64,000 bases of DNA from Octopus sinensis (Eukaryota). A program made the translations under genes and the position numbers. Below the pieces are notes generated by a model, which searched no databases, was not told where the DNA came from, and saw nothing but the letters and a program-made list of their open reading frames with translations. The DNA is taken from the NCBI RefSeq assembly GCF_006345805.1, contig NC_043007.1, positions 75,268,001 to 75,332,000 on the forward strand, given 5' to 3'. Of this stretch, positions 12,451-26,298 are shown piece after piece; position 1 is the first letter of the stretch; each line of letters opens with the position of its first letter.

Positions 12451-12911
12451 ATCTTTGTACCTGTATTTGTTTCTTTATGTCCCTGTAACTTTCAGCAAAA
12501 GTGACTGATAGAATAAGAACTAGATTTTAAGAAAAAATTAGCATTGGGGTTGATTTATTTATCTAAATCTTCCAATGGCTGTGCCCCAGCATGGCCACTG
12601 ACCAATGACTGAAGCAAGTAAAAGATTAAAGATAAATACATGAAATGATTTACTAGCATTCATAACATAAAAACCAAAACATTTCAGCACCTCCTAATAT
12701 TTTTTTATTAATACTTGTCATTCTCACTGAATTGAGTTGTAAGGTTCATTCTGTATATATTAAATCTATCTTTCGCTATTTTACTAACAGAACCTCAGTC
12801 AGAAAATATAAATGAGAAATTTTATGCATAACGTTTCATTTCTTTTCTTTTCATCTCTTTGAATTTAATTGATCAACTTATATATCAATATTTTTTGTGT
12901 TTCTTTTGTAG

Positions 12912-13007
12912 AATGAATTATCTCAGAATCTTCAATCTTTATCAGAGAAAGCCAAATCAGGAACAATATTTATTCAGAGATTAAAATCAATGACAGACAG
13001 AGTAGAG
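12912..13007 (+). CDS. TRIM9: TRIM9/TRIM67-like E3 ligase, coiled-coil exon (NELSQNLQSLSEKAKSGTIFIQRLKSMTDRVE)
   Basis: 96-bp open exon bounded by ttttgtag and gtaaag, phase 0/0. It aligns by eye to the recalled TRIM9 segment [32 protein letters not shown] (also 32 aa). Confidence 0.9.
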
Positions 13008-14696
13008 GTAAAGAAAACCATTTTCTTTTCAACTGGGAATATTTAAATAATTTTGTTGCATCTTAACAGATGCATAGCAACAAACCTAGAATTTTCAAAA
13101 AATTTCAATCATTTCACCTATTGAGAAGTAACCCTGTTTAACAAATACATAGAACTGTTAATTAATAAATGCTAGCATTATTTACCTTAGCATCTACACA
13201 TCATCATCATCATCATCATCCTTATTTGACGCCTGTTTTCCATTCTAGCACTGATTGAATAGTTTGACAGAAGCTGCCAAGGCCAGGAGCTGCACCAGGC
13301 TTCCAGCACCAGTGCTTGTTACATGGCACCAGCACATAGACATTTCTTCTGGCTTTTTATGTTCACCTGGGTCATCTCTATCATTCATCCCTTTATAAAA
13401 TGAAATACCAATCACATAATAGGATCAATGCAAAAGACTTGCACCCTCCCCTCAAAAGTTCTCCAACCCTGCATTCCATTCAAGGAAAATGTTCTTATAT
13501 GTCGATCACTTATACACCATGGAAACTGACCTTTTAAGTCCTTGGGCTCAAAGAAGGAAAAAAGAATAGACATGCAAAGGGAAACATTTTTTATCCTTCT
13601 AAAATGTTTGTGAAAATAGAAGCAACATATTGTTGTGTTGACAGAAAAAAATAGCTTACTATCTATGTAGACAAAACTGCTTATCCATTAGTTTATTAGA
13701 CTAAATCAATATGGTTTTAATTCATTAATGAAGCATTATTGAAGATAGGAATTAAAAGAATTCTATGGAATTTTCCAGCCTTCTAATTTTTAATTGACAT
13801 TCACTAATTAACTTATATGGTGTTTCATTTACGTGTATATGTGTGTGTGTGTATATATGTGTATGTATATGTATATTGTGTAGTCAATGCCAGTGCCACT
13901 GGACTGGCTCCCACACCGGTGGCACATAAAGGGCACCATTCGATCATGGTCGATGCCAGTGCCACCTGACTGGCTCTTGTGCTGTTGGCACATAAAAAGC
14001 TCCATTCGAACATGGTCGATACCAGTGCTGCTTGACTGGCCCATGTGCCTGTGGCACATAAAAAGCACCCACTACACTTTCGGAGTGGTTGGCATTAAGA
14101 AGGGCATCCAGCTGTAGAAACTTTGCCAGATCAGATTGGAGTTTGGTGCAGCCTCCTGGCTTGCCAGTTCTCAGTCAAACCGTCCAACCCATGCCAGCAA
14201 GGAAAGCAGACCTTAAACGACGATGACGATGATGATGAAGACGATGATATATATCATCATCATCATCAATATCATCATCATCATCATCATCATCATCCTT
14301 TAATGTCCGTTTTTCATGCTGGCATGGGTTGGATGGTTTGATCAGATTTGGCAGGCTGGAGAGCTGCACCAGGTTCCCATCTAATTTGGGTTGGTTTCTA
14401 CAGCTGGATGCCCTTCCTAATGCCAATTACTTTACAGTGTGTTGGGTGCTTTTAATGTGGCACTGGCACAAACGCTCTTTACATGGCAGTAGCATGAGTG
14501 CCTTTTACATGGAACTAGCATAGGACTCTCGTAGGCCAACCTTCTTCACTAGAGGATGTGGCCTTAACACTTCTGCTGTGGAGGTCTTCTTGAGTATATC
14601 AGAGTGCCAGGTATCTCAGTCCTTTACCTTCTTATCTGAAAGGTTCATGTGGTGCCCCACCATGGCCACAGTCTAATGACTGAAACAAGTAAAAGA

Positions 14697-14742
<46 letters not shown>

Positions 14743-16597
14743 ATTAAATATTACATACATATAAGAGGGATATGATTGTAATATAATTTTTCTGATTCTT
14801 CAGATTTTCTATATGCTAGACCATCATCATCATCATCATCATCGTTTAGCGTCCGTTTTCCATGCTAGCATGGGTTGGACGGTTCTACTGGGGTCTGTGA
14901 AGCCAGAAGGCTTCATCCGGCCCAGTCAAATCTGGCAGTGTTTCTACGGCTGGATGCCCTTCCTAACGCCAACCACTCCGTGAGTGTAGTGGGTGCTTTT
15001 TACGTGCCACCCGCACAGGTGCCAGACAGAGCTGGCAAACGGCCACGAACGGATGGTGCTTTTTATGTGCCACCGGCACAAGGGCCAGGCGAGGCTGGCA
15101 ACGGACACGAAACGGGGCGGTGCTGGCAACGGTCGCGAAACGGAAGGTTCTCTTACATGCCACCGGCACTGGTAACACATCTGCAATTTCCATTGATCAA
15201 TTTCCATTGATCAATTTCCATTCTGATCCTCACTTGCCTCAACGGGTCTTCACAAGTAGAGTTTCGACATGCCACCGGCACTGGTAACACATCTGCAATT
15301 TCCATTGATCGATTCTGGTTTTAAATTGATATTAATCAAATCAATATTCAAGTTTTCACCCTTATTATTTTAAATATACGATTGAATAGTTATCTTTCAA
15401 TTTGGTACAGGCATAGCTGTGTGGTTAAGAAGCTCACTTGGCAGCTACATGCTTTCAGGTTCAATCTCATTACTTGGCACCCTGGGCAAGTGTCTTTTAT
15501 TATAGCCCTGTGGAAACCAATGCTTTGTAAGTGAATTTGATTGGCAGAAATTGTGCAAGCCCATTGCTTATATATGTGTGTGTGCGTGTGTCTTTGTGTT
15601 TGCATTTGTCCTCCTCACTACTGCTTGATAATTTGTGCGTTGGTTTGTTTACATCTCCATAACTTAGTTGTTTGATAAAAGAGACTGATTGTGTAAGTAC
15701 AAGTATTTAAAAAAGAGAATGGTACTGGGTCAGTTTGTTCGATTAAACTCTTCAAGGCAATGCCCCAGCATGGCCACAGTCCAGTGACTGAAACAAATAC
15801 AAGAAGATGGTTACATGTTTACCAGTTTTAAACGCTATCATTGTAATCAAATTTCCCCCACATCCTCCAACCATCATTTACTCATTAAACCCTTCTGTTT
15901 TCCCAACCACATGGTTCCAGGTTCAGTTCCACTGTGTGGCATCATGAGCAAGTGCCTTGTGAGTGGATTTGGTTGACAGACTTAAAGAAGCACATTGTGT
16001 GTGTGTGTGTGTTTGTCCTCCACCACCACTTGGCAACTGGTGTTGGTGTGTTTATATCTCTGTGGCTTAGTGGTTCACCAAAAGAGATCAATCGAATAAG
16101 TAACCAGGCATGAAAAAATAAGCACTTGGGTGGATTCGCTTGACTAAAATTCTTCGAGGTGGTGCCCCAGCATGGCCGCAGTCTAATGACTGAAACAAGT
16201 AAAAGATGAACTTTGGTAGTTCTGTACCCATTATGTTTGTAACAATAGTGCTTTGCGTCTGGTCCATTTGAGCTAGTTGAGTGAGTGATTGAAACCATCC
16301 ACAACCCACACTTGACTAAAGTACACAAGCCAAACTCACTTGAATGGTTCGCCCACATCTGTTTCATTTTTGTTCAAGTTAAGACTGCTCTCAATAACAC
16401 CCAATAACAAAATTTTCGTTTATCACATTGCATGAAAGTTTTCTGTTGATTCCAAACTGCAATCAGAGAAATCTTACAAACTCTGCTGAATCCAGTGAGG
16501 CTCTATAACCAATAATCCTGCCAATGACACCCCTTAATTACTAACCATTCCAACTCTAATCTAATTTTGCACACCTATGATAAAACACCTCCCAAAC

Positions 16598-16600
16598 TCT

Positions 16601-16667
<67 letters not shown>

Positions 16668-16700
16668 GTCTATCTATCTAACTATCTAACTATCTATCTA

Positions 16701-16748
<48 letters not shown>
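16598..16748. repeat. Compound (TC)n/(TATC)n microsatellite
   Basis: Directly visible. Confidence 0.9.
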
Positions 16749-16751
<3 letters not shown>

Positions 16752-17451
16752 CCCACCCTTAATACCTATTTCTTTACTACCCACAAGGGGCTAAACACAG
16801 AGAGAACAAACAAGGACAGACAAACGGATTAAATTGATTATATCTACCCCAGTGCGTAACTGGTACTTATTTAATCACCCTGAAAGGATGAAAGGCAAAG
16901 TTGACCGTGGCGGAATTTGAACTCAGAACGTAACAGCAGACGAAATACCGCAAAGCATTTCGCCCGCGTACTAACGTTTCTGCCAGCTCGCCGCCTTTCC
17001 CACCCTTAATACCAAGTGTGAAAACATCTCTGGTCACTTCAGCTAAAAGTTAATACTGTATCTCTTTATTCCCTAGAAACAAAGTGCACTTGAGCTGGCC
17101 CCTGTACTCACTGAACTTTTTATCCATTCCCTTTTATGTATTTAACCCAACTTTTATATCTAATCCAACAGTGTGTCCCATTCACACAAAAGATAACCTC
17201 TCTATGCTTGCCAACTAATAATCTATTCCCCTCACTTACATCTTATCACTTTGACATTTGGATTACTCTGTCAAATGTGATATTTATTTATTCACATTGT
17301 TTTGAATTAATGATATATTATCTCACAACTTCAAGATTTCAGTATCATTGTTTACTTTTACACTGATGTTGTAGCGTATGTGTGAGAGGCTGCATCATGC
17401 CACTTTGAATATAAAACAGGTAGAATTATCAGTTTATCTCATATGTGAGGA

Positions 17452-17827
17452 CTAGCAGTATCGCCCCGGCATTGTTTGGGTTTGTTTCGACCCTTTAAAA
17501 TTGGAATTTTTGAAAGGTAAAATTTCGCATTATGTAGCTTATTATTCTCTTTAAGTGAACATTTTTCTGGTTGAAATACACCGATAAATGGCAACACAGC
17601 AGTCAAAAAATCATAAAGAATAGAGATTTTCATAGAATAAAAGCACCTTTTTGATGTTAACATGGTCCAATTTGAATTTTTTCTTCTACGGAAGGAAGAG
17701 CAAGCCTTCTTCTATCATACTCTCAATTTTGGTCAACTTGCGCCGCAGGGTCTTGGAGGAAATAGTGTTAGTTGAAAGCTACCAAACCTGCCATACACAG
17801 ACAACTTCAGCTTTATATATAGAGAGA
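17452..17827 (-). mobile_element. Non-autonomous Helitron
   Basis: Minus strand A|TC...GC-rich subterminal hairpin...CTAG|T with no TSD. Near-identical body to 36382-36780. Confidence 0.8.
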
Positions 17828-17925
17828 TTTAGTTTCTTCTTTACTGAATGCTTCCGTTATGGTGATGACGTTGATGAGTCTGTGGACAAATTCTTGCATA
17901 GAAGAGTTAATGGCATTGACTACAT

Positions 17926-18143
17926 CAGTGCTTTTCAAACTTTTTACTGGAGCAGAACCCCAAGGAAACATTCCACTGGCTCGAGAAACCCCTGTGCAAT
18001 AATTTAATAGTTTTATGCATACATATCTGCACAGGAGAATTAAAAATTACTGCCGATTTTAGCAGTTTTGTAACTTCTTGCGGAACCCTGGACTGTACTG
18101 GCGGAACCCTAAGGTTCCGCGGAACCCTGATTGAAAACCACTG
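17926..18143. mobile_element. hAT (Buster-type) MITE
   Basis: TIRs CAGTGCTTTTCAAAC / GATTGAAAACCACTG. 8-bp TSD GACTACAT at 17918-17925 and 18144-18151. Confidence 0.85.
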
Positions 18144-19029
18144 GACTACATAGTTGAGGTTGATTTTGTTGAGCTTTTCCCTCCTGCCATTTGAGTTTTT
18201 CCTTTGCTCTTTTGGTGGCTTCGAAGTTTTTGGTTCTGAGGGTGATGGAACACTGCCACTTGGGTACAGTCTTGGGCTTGTGTTTCAAATGATTTAGGCT
18301 CAATTCCAGTGTTTTCAGTTGGTCATTGTCTCTCTGAAGATATTTGGGCTTGTTTAAAAGCTAAAGGGTTAAAGATAATGGAAACAGTTATAAATGATTA
18401 AATGATTGTTACTTTGAATCTCTTCCCTTCTGCAGTGGCCACCAGTATATTTTCTATACGAACAAACCTATCAATTGTTTGTCAGTCTTAAAACTGGCAA
18501 AACTATTCATGTTGCCTTTGACATCAGTAAAACCTTGCATTATATCTGATTTCAGAACTTCCTACCAAAATTGCCTACCTATGAGCTCCATGCATCAGCT
18601 ATCTGTTACATTCTATTTTAGTGTGTTTCAAGATCTGCTTTCTCAGATAACTTTTCTTTCCCTGCATCAGCATCCCATGCACTTTTAAATCCAGCAAGAA
18701 TAACCCTATGTTGATGATGCCATCCTTCACTTCTTTATAACCTTTCACACAGGCATCATTTATATACAGCCTAGACCAAATGTACATAAAGAATGATCTG
18801 CTACCAACCAAGACAAGCAAAACACAGTCAAAGAAATGCACTAACAACATTACAACCTCTCATCAACAACCAATCACTAAAACCTTAATCCATTAGCATT
18901 TAAACTGGCCAGATTTGGCCTCTTACATCTACTCTGCAATGTCATTCTAAAAATAAAACAATCACATCAATGAAATCTCAAAGCTGCAAGATAATGCATG
19001 ATTAATACAAAACAATGTGAATAAATAAG

Positions 19030-19925
19030 CATTACATTTGAAAGAATCATCATCATTTAACTTCCATTGTCCATGCTGGCTTGGGTTGGATGGTTTGATC
19101 AGGGCTGGAAGGCTGCACCAGACACTAGTCTGATTTGGCATGGTTTCTATGGGTGGATTCCCTTCTTAATACCAACCACTCCAAGAGTGTAGTGGGTGCT
19201 TTTCACATCTCACTGGCATGGGTACCATTTGTGTGACACCATATCTGCCATGACTACAATTTTACTTAGCTTGATGGGTCTTCTTCTCAAGCACGACATA
19301 ATGCCAAAGGTCTTGGTCATTGCTTCCATGAGGCCCAATCCTTGAATGGTGCTTTTTACGTGCCACCAGCTTCGGTGCCAGTTATGTGACACCAGCATCA
19401 GCCATGGCTACAATTTCACTTGACTTGATGTGTTTTCTCAAGCACAGTATATCACCAAAGGTCTCAATCACTAGTCATTGCCTTTGTGAGGCCCAAAGTT
19501 TGAAGATCATGCTTCACCACCTAATCCCATGTCTTCCTATGTCTACCTCTACCACAGGTTCCTTACACATTTAGAGCTGAGCACTTCTTCAAACAGCTAT
19601 CCTCATTCATACGCATCACATGACCATACCAGTGAAGTCGTCTCTCTTGTACACCACATCTCATGCCTCTTATGCCCAACTTTTCTCTCAAGATGCTTAC
19701 TCTCTGTTGAACATTCACACTGACATTGCACATCCAGTGAAGCATACTGGTTTCATTTTTTTACGAGCCTACACATTTCCTCGGCTGTCATAGCCCATGT
19801 TTCACTGCCATATAGCATAGCTTTTGCACACAATCTGCCTTTCACTCTGAGGGAAAGGCCCTTTTAACCAGTAGAGGTAGGAACCCTCTGAACTTTGCCC
19901 AGCCTAATCTTATTCTCAAAGCTAC
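19030..19925 (-). mobile_element. RTE-clade LINE 3' portion running into the (GAT)n-tailed repeat family
   Basis: RIRLGWAKFR...YGSETW...MLHWMCNVS...RRLHWYGHVMRM...RGR.RKTW, followed by the shared 3' domain seen in many short copies. Confidence 0.75.
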
Positions 19926-21121
19926 ACTCTCGGAGCATCCACCTTCGCTACTATAGTTAAACCTTTTAATGAGGAAGAATACATTTTATAATTTATAAAA
20001 TTCACCACCATCTCTTTCTCTTTCTCTTTAATTGGGGTAACCATGTATCTCCTCCTCCACAACAAAACATCTATTTCTGTGCTTCTATCACAGTTTAAAT
20101 TTCTCAACACTTTTCACAAAGCAAGCTCCCTCAAAACTATTTGCACCTCAGTTGAAGGGCCTTGTATTGTGAGTTACTTGCTTATTATTTGTTATATCAC
20201 AATACTACACAGTGGCTGTGTGAGCTACAAAATCCTTGTCACCACTGTTATGTCACACATTTGGATGCCTCTACTACTCTACTGTTCTCTGCTGACATCT
20301 AGACTTCTCCCTCTATATCTACGTATTGGACTAGTCTATTTCATCATCTGGGGGTGTCCACACAACATTACTGATGATGCCATGTAAAAAATACCCTGTG
20401 AACTGTAAACTGGTTGGCATTAGGAAGGGAATCCAACCATAGAATCTATGCCAAAGCTCCTGTCAAACCATCCAACTCATATCAGATGGAAAACAAATGT
20501 TAAACGATGACTGTGATGATATACTAACCAATCAATAGCAACAGTTTGGTATCATTAATCAGATAAAGACAAATATTTATAGAAAAGTTTTTACAACATT
20601 GTAGAATCCTTAATCCAAAATACCATCCAATCCAAGAGATTTCTCATTTTTGTTGTAGTTCTTTCATGTTGAAATCATTTACATAAAATTATATAAATAA
20701 CATCTGTAATGTTGCTTTGTTTAATGACAGAAATTATTGCTAACTAATAGCAAGCATTTCATTGGTATATGTTATATTATTCTTAGACTTGTGAGTCAGA
20801 GAAAAGAAATTGGAGGGGGCAGTTGTTATTGATGTTCAGGGAGATCTTGGACAGTGGGCCTCAATTATCCCATGATGTTCCCCTGTATCAGGAGGAGCAC
20901 GTTACTATCATTTTTTTTTTCATTTTTTAAACTGTTTTATACTTCCCTTCTTTGGTTTATTGTATACTTTGTATATTTTCAATTGTTTTTGTTTCTTTAA
21001 ATCATTTCATTATATGTAAACCCCTATACTTTATGTCTGTCTTTGTATTGTCTCCCTCATCCTTCACCCTGATGGCAAATAAAAGAAATCATTATTATTA
21101 TTATTATTATTATTATTGTTA

Positions 21122-21165
<44 letters not shown>

Positions 21166-21202
21166 GTTATTGTTATTGTTATTATTGTTATTATTATTAT
21201 TT

Positions 21203-21665
21203 TATGTTTGACTTTTGCTTTACATTTGTACAAGTTGGCTCCAAGTCTCATCCAGAGACCTCAAGAGACAACAAGTTGGAAGTTCATGTTGGTGTTATGC
21301 CTAGGGTACCATATATTCGGTTTTGTACATAGTGTTGTTCTAGAGAATGTTTAAGAAACCATAAGAAAATTATGTTTGTTTTAAAACTTGAGATTACATA
21401 GAAAGTACTTTGCATAAGATATGAGCGGTTCTAATGAGCACTATCTTTTGAATTTCTGCCATTTTGGGGTTTCCTGGTATCTGAGCTAGGTAGCAATCAG
21501 CCCCTTTTGCTATCATTCCCAGGGCACCTATGACAACAGGTATTGTTTTAGTTTTCAGGTTCCACATTTTGCTTATTTCTATTTCAAGATTTTTATATTT
21601 GCTCAGTTTTTGGTAGGTCTTGACAGATACGTTTATGTTGATTGGGACAGTCATATCAATGAGGA
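21203..21665 (-). mobile_element. R4/Dong-clade LINE 3' end (restriction-like endonuclease plus 3' UTR)
   Basis: ORF 21394-21654 MTVP...KLSKYKNLEIEISKMW...IPVVIGALG...IQK..L..TA.IL. Flanked by (TAA)n on the sense strand. Confidence 0.8.
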
Positions 21666-22064
21666 GGCATGATTTATTATTATTATTATTATTATTATTA
21701 AAGACTCCTGGATAGTTCTTAATTACCAGTTATTCTATATTTGAAAGTAGGCAACAACAAATCACCAAAGGTTTCAAGTAATGCCTTTTCCTGTGACTCA
21801 AAGAGACAATACTCTCCTTAGAATGCAGGCTGTACCCAACAATGCTATCTTCTGGATCACCTTGAGCCTTATTATTATTATTTATTAAGACAGTGAGCTG
21901 GCAGAATCATTAGCATGCCAGGCGAAATGCTTAGCAGTATTTCATCTGTTGCTATGTTCTGAGTTCAAATTCTGTCAAAGTTACTTTGCCTTTCATCCTT
22001 CCAGTGTTGATAAATCAAGTACCAGTGAAAAACAGATGGCTGCCCTTGTGGCAAAATTTGAAAC

Positions 22065-22104
<40 letters not shown>

Positions 22105-22337
22105 ATTATTTCGGCAGTGAGCTAGCAGAATCATTAGCACACTGGCAAAATGCTTAGCAGCATTTCACCCATCTTTATGTTCTGAATTCAAATTCCGCCG
22201 AGGTCGACTTTGCCTTTCATTCTTTCCGGGTTGATGAAATAAGTACCAGTTACACACCAGGATCACTGTAATCAACTTGCCTCTCCCCCAAAATTTCAGG
22301 CCTTGTGCCTATTATAGAAACGATTATTATTATTATT

Positions 22338-22893
22338 GAGTGAGAGAGCAGTTCATGCCATCAAAGTGACACTGGGGTAAAATATACGAAGCCCAATATA
22401 CCCATCATGACTACCCGTCTGATAAGGGTACACCAGGCACATGCATCACAACCATATGTGCACGACATGGTGATCTCATATCAAGATAAACAGCACATGA
22501 CCTTGCAGGTGGGGCCCAGTTAGAATTTTCTTCAGGTTGAGTAGCCCATCCCGCTCAAAAGGTCCCTGAGTAAGGGTTGTTTAAGGATGTTGAAAGAACC
22601 ACCCATGTTTCCAGAGGTGAATTATTCAAACCCCAAAGAATCCCTCTCAACACATGGCTATGATGCTCCCCCACCACTTCTGCTCGTGATCAGAGATGCA
22701 CATATCATCAGCCACTAAGGGACATGCTCAACTGGTTACGGTCAAACAACTGACAAGCAAATCTGTGGTATTGAGCAGAATATTTGCTGTAGCCCATCTT
22801 TTATACCAGGACAAAACGATGTACATGATAACGCTTCCAATCAGTTAAGATCAGAAGCCATGAGAGCCACTGCCTGGTACTGCATCAGGGCAT
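22338..22893. repeat. Interspersed repeat of unknown class between (TAT)n tracts
   Basis: Partial second copy at 51160-51332. Confidence 0.55.
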
Positions 22894-22959
22894 TTATTAT
22901 TATTATTATTATTATTATCATTATTATTATTATAATTATTATTATTATTATTATCCTGA

Positions 22960-23465
22960 TTTATATTATGTCTCAGCTCTATCCTGCAGCTTAGAAATGT
23001 AACATTTTTCTCAATGCATGCTGTTCCAAGTATTGCTGCCAACTGTGTATCTCCTATAAAGTTTGGTATTTGCAGCTTTTCATGCCAGAATATCGTTTTC
23101 TTTGAGATGGTCCCAAGTGCACCTTATCACAATAGGTACCACTCTCACTTTTGAATGTATTTCATTTCCAGTGCTAGTTCTTGATACTTCTCAACTCTCT
23201 CTTCATCTATCTTCACAATATTCTGGTCTGTAGGTATAGTTTCTATGATGATAGTTCACTCTTTGGACTCCTTCCATAGGGGAGTGATATCTGGTTGTTT
23301 ATATTACAGCTTCTTATCTGTATAGACTGGTATATCCCATGTGAGTTTCACCTGATCATTTTCTGCATCTGGTTAAGGTTGGTGCTTATGCCACTTGTTG
23401 GAATTTCCTAGCCCATATTTTTCCTGCACAACTCCCAGTGTGTCTGCACTGCCACTTTGTCATAG
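22960..23465 (-). mobile_element. Second, decayed R4/Dong-clade LINE fragment
   Basis: KWHKHQP..AENDQVKLTWDIPVYTDK...PDI...EKYQEL...GALG motifs with stops. Flanked by (TAA)n. Confidence 0.75.
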
Positions 23466-23467
23466 CA

Positions 23468-23510
<43 letters not shown>

Positions 23511-23792
23511 CATCATTATTATCATTATTATTATTATTATTATTATTATGATCATTATTATTATTATTATTGCAACGTGGCAGAATCGTTAGCATGCTGG
23601 GCAAAATGTTTAGCAGTATTTTGCCTGTTGTTATGTTCTGAGTTCAAATTCCACCGAGGTCAACTTTACCTTTCATCCTTTTGAGGTCGATAAATTAAGA
23701 ACCAGTGAAACTCTGGGGTCAATGTAATCAACTAATCCCCTCCCCCTAAATGGCTGCCCTTGTGACAAAATTTGAAGCCATTATTATTATTA

Positions 23793-23844
<52 letters not shown>

Positions 23845-24061
23845 GGTGGCGAGCTGACAGAATTATTAGCATGCCAGGTGAAATGCTTAGCAGTATTTCG
23901 CTTGTCATTACATTCTGAGTTCAAATTCTACTAAGGTCGACTTTGCTTTTCATCCTTTCGGGGTCGATAAATTAAGTACCAGTGAAACATTGGGGGGGGG
24001 GGGATGTAATTGACTATTCCCCTCCCTACAAATTTCAGGCCTTGTGCCTATAGTAGAAAGG

Positions 24062-24103
<42 letters not shown>

Positions 24104-25428
24104 AAGACAGTAAGCTGATAGAATCTTTAGCACACCAGACAGAATGCTCAACAGCATTTCATCTATCTTTACATTCTGTGTTCAAATTCCACTGAAGATG
24201 ACTTTGCTTTTCATCCTTTCAGAGTTGATTAAACAAGTACCAGTTGAGCCCTGGAGTCATTGTAATTGACTTACCCTCTCCCGCCAAATTGCTGGCCTTG
24301 TGCTAAAATTTGAAACCATTATTATTATTAGTAGCGGTGGCAGCAGTAGTAGTGGGGACAGTAGAGGTTCATCATCGTCTTAAGCAAAGGTTACATTTCT
24401 GATAATCTAACATTCTGCATGATTTTATACAAAAATGCAATAAATTAATCTAAGACATTTTAATTGTTATTAGTGAATGCCACAGAAATAGAACTATTAA
24501 CAATGTCGTCGTCGTCTTCTTCTTCTTCTTCCTCCTCCCCCCCCTCCCCTCCTCCTCTTTCGATCAGGACACTCACCATCAGCCACAAAGAATAATCTCT
24601 AATTCAAGCATACTCTAAGCTATTAAGAACGCGTGTGGCAACTTGAAGATCCATCCACCACACGCAATAGACTGGCAGTTGCACGGGTGCAAAAGCTACA
24701 TTGTTATCCTCATTATGAAAACGGTGGCTTTCTTTAAATGGGTGGAGAGCTGAACCATCCTGGGGTACAGAGGATTCGCAATCTAGACTAGGGTCTGAAA
24801 GTTTACCACACCATAGTGGGTTACACCATGGTTCCTCTGCTTTGAGGTAGAAGTAGGAAAAAGAGTGAGAGAAAGTTGTGGTGAAAGAGTTGAGCGGGGT
24901 TCACCCCCCCCCCCCCCATGCTGGAGCCTCGTGGAGCTTAGGTGTTTTAAGCTCAATAAACACTCACAATGCCCAGTCTGGGAATCGAAACTGCGTTTAC
25001 GACTGCAAGTCTGCTGCCCTAACTACTGGGCCATTGCGCCTCCACTGTCAGCTGCTGTTAGAATTCTTCACAGGTGTCATTAATTTTGCAGTGATGATGC
25101 CTTCCCTGTCTTTTGTTTTACTTGTAACATTCATGACTTTTCAAACATCATTATTATTATTATCATTACTTTCATTAGTATCTTCTTTCAATTCTGTTTC
25201 CATTTCTTGCCAAGTGCCTTCCTGACACCTAGGGCAGAGAAAGAAATGTACTGTATACATTGGTTGGCCATTAAAACAAACACACCAGAGTGTTTATTTA
25301 TAGAGTCATATGACATAGAAAAAGGAGAAGACTGAGAGAAAAAGTAAAAAATAGAAAAGTAAGCATAAAATAAAGTGGGGAAAAGGGAAAGAAAATTCAC
25401 AGCAACAATCATCATCATCATCATCATC

Positions 25429-25465
<37 letters not shown>

Positions 25466-26080
25466 ATTATTATTGCATCATTAGTACAATATAAAGTCAA
25501 ATTGTGTATGGAACAACTATATTTTAGTTTTGTTTTAGTATTTTACAACTATAATACAGTTTCTGAATTTAAGAAGAAAAATACCAATTTTGAAAACCAA
25601 AACAAGGAATTTGTGTTCATATTTTGGATTATTTGGATTTCTTTCTGAAAGTCTGTTGAGTGAGTGAAGAACAGTTTCACTTCACACTTCTTTCTAAAAG
25701 GAAATAGGAGAGGGTAGCATGTCTTATTTTAATGTCTGAGGTTGGGAAACGGTTTATTTTTAGAAGCTGCTTCTACCTAAGAAAACTCCTTTTCATCCTG
25801 TTTTCCTTTTTTGTTTTGTTTGGTTTGTTTGTTTTTCTCTTTTAACCATTCCTTGCATACATTTCCTCATTTTAGATTATGTAAAACATTAATTGGAGGA
25901 AAATTATTTCATATTTCTAGACTTCTATTTCCAGATTTATCTTTAATTAACAGGGCTTGAGGAGAAAAAAGGGTCCATTTTGGTTTAAGAAATTTTTCCT
26001 TTACCAATTCCAGTTGACTTAATACTTCTTCTAAATTCCAATAGTTCTGAGTTCCTTGACATACACATTTAGGGAAATAT

Positions 26081-26298
26081 TTAACCCTTTCGTTACTGTA
26101 TATATTTTGGGATGCACTGTGTTTCTTTCAATTACTTTAAATATAACAATGAATTTAGTAAAATAACTTAGTTATCATTAAGCTAGTGTTAGGAACATAA
26201 ATTGTGACTAAGGTTTGGTGGAAGATTTTAATTCAAAACTTATGCAAACAAGACATTTGTACTCAGAGCCCGAGCCGGTTTGGTAATGAAAGGGTTAA
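26081..26298. mobile_element. piggyBac-type MITE
   Basis: TTAACCCTTTCGTTAC...GTAATGAAAGGGTTAA, same body as 10661-10889. Confidence 0.8.

Noticed and set aside
1-12911. RING/B-box exons of TRIM9
   Set aside because: No Cys/His-patterned exon with splice sites was found. They are presumed to lie upstream of the window.
20952-25500. Poly-Y/I/N/H ORFs
   Set aside because: Trinucleotide microsatellite translations, not genes.
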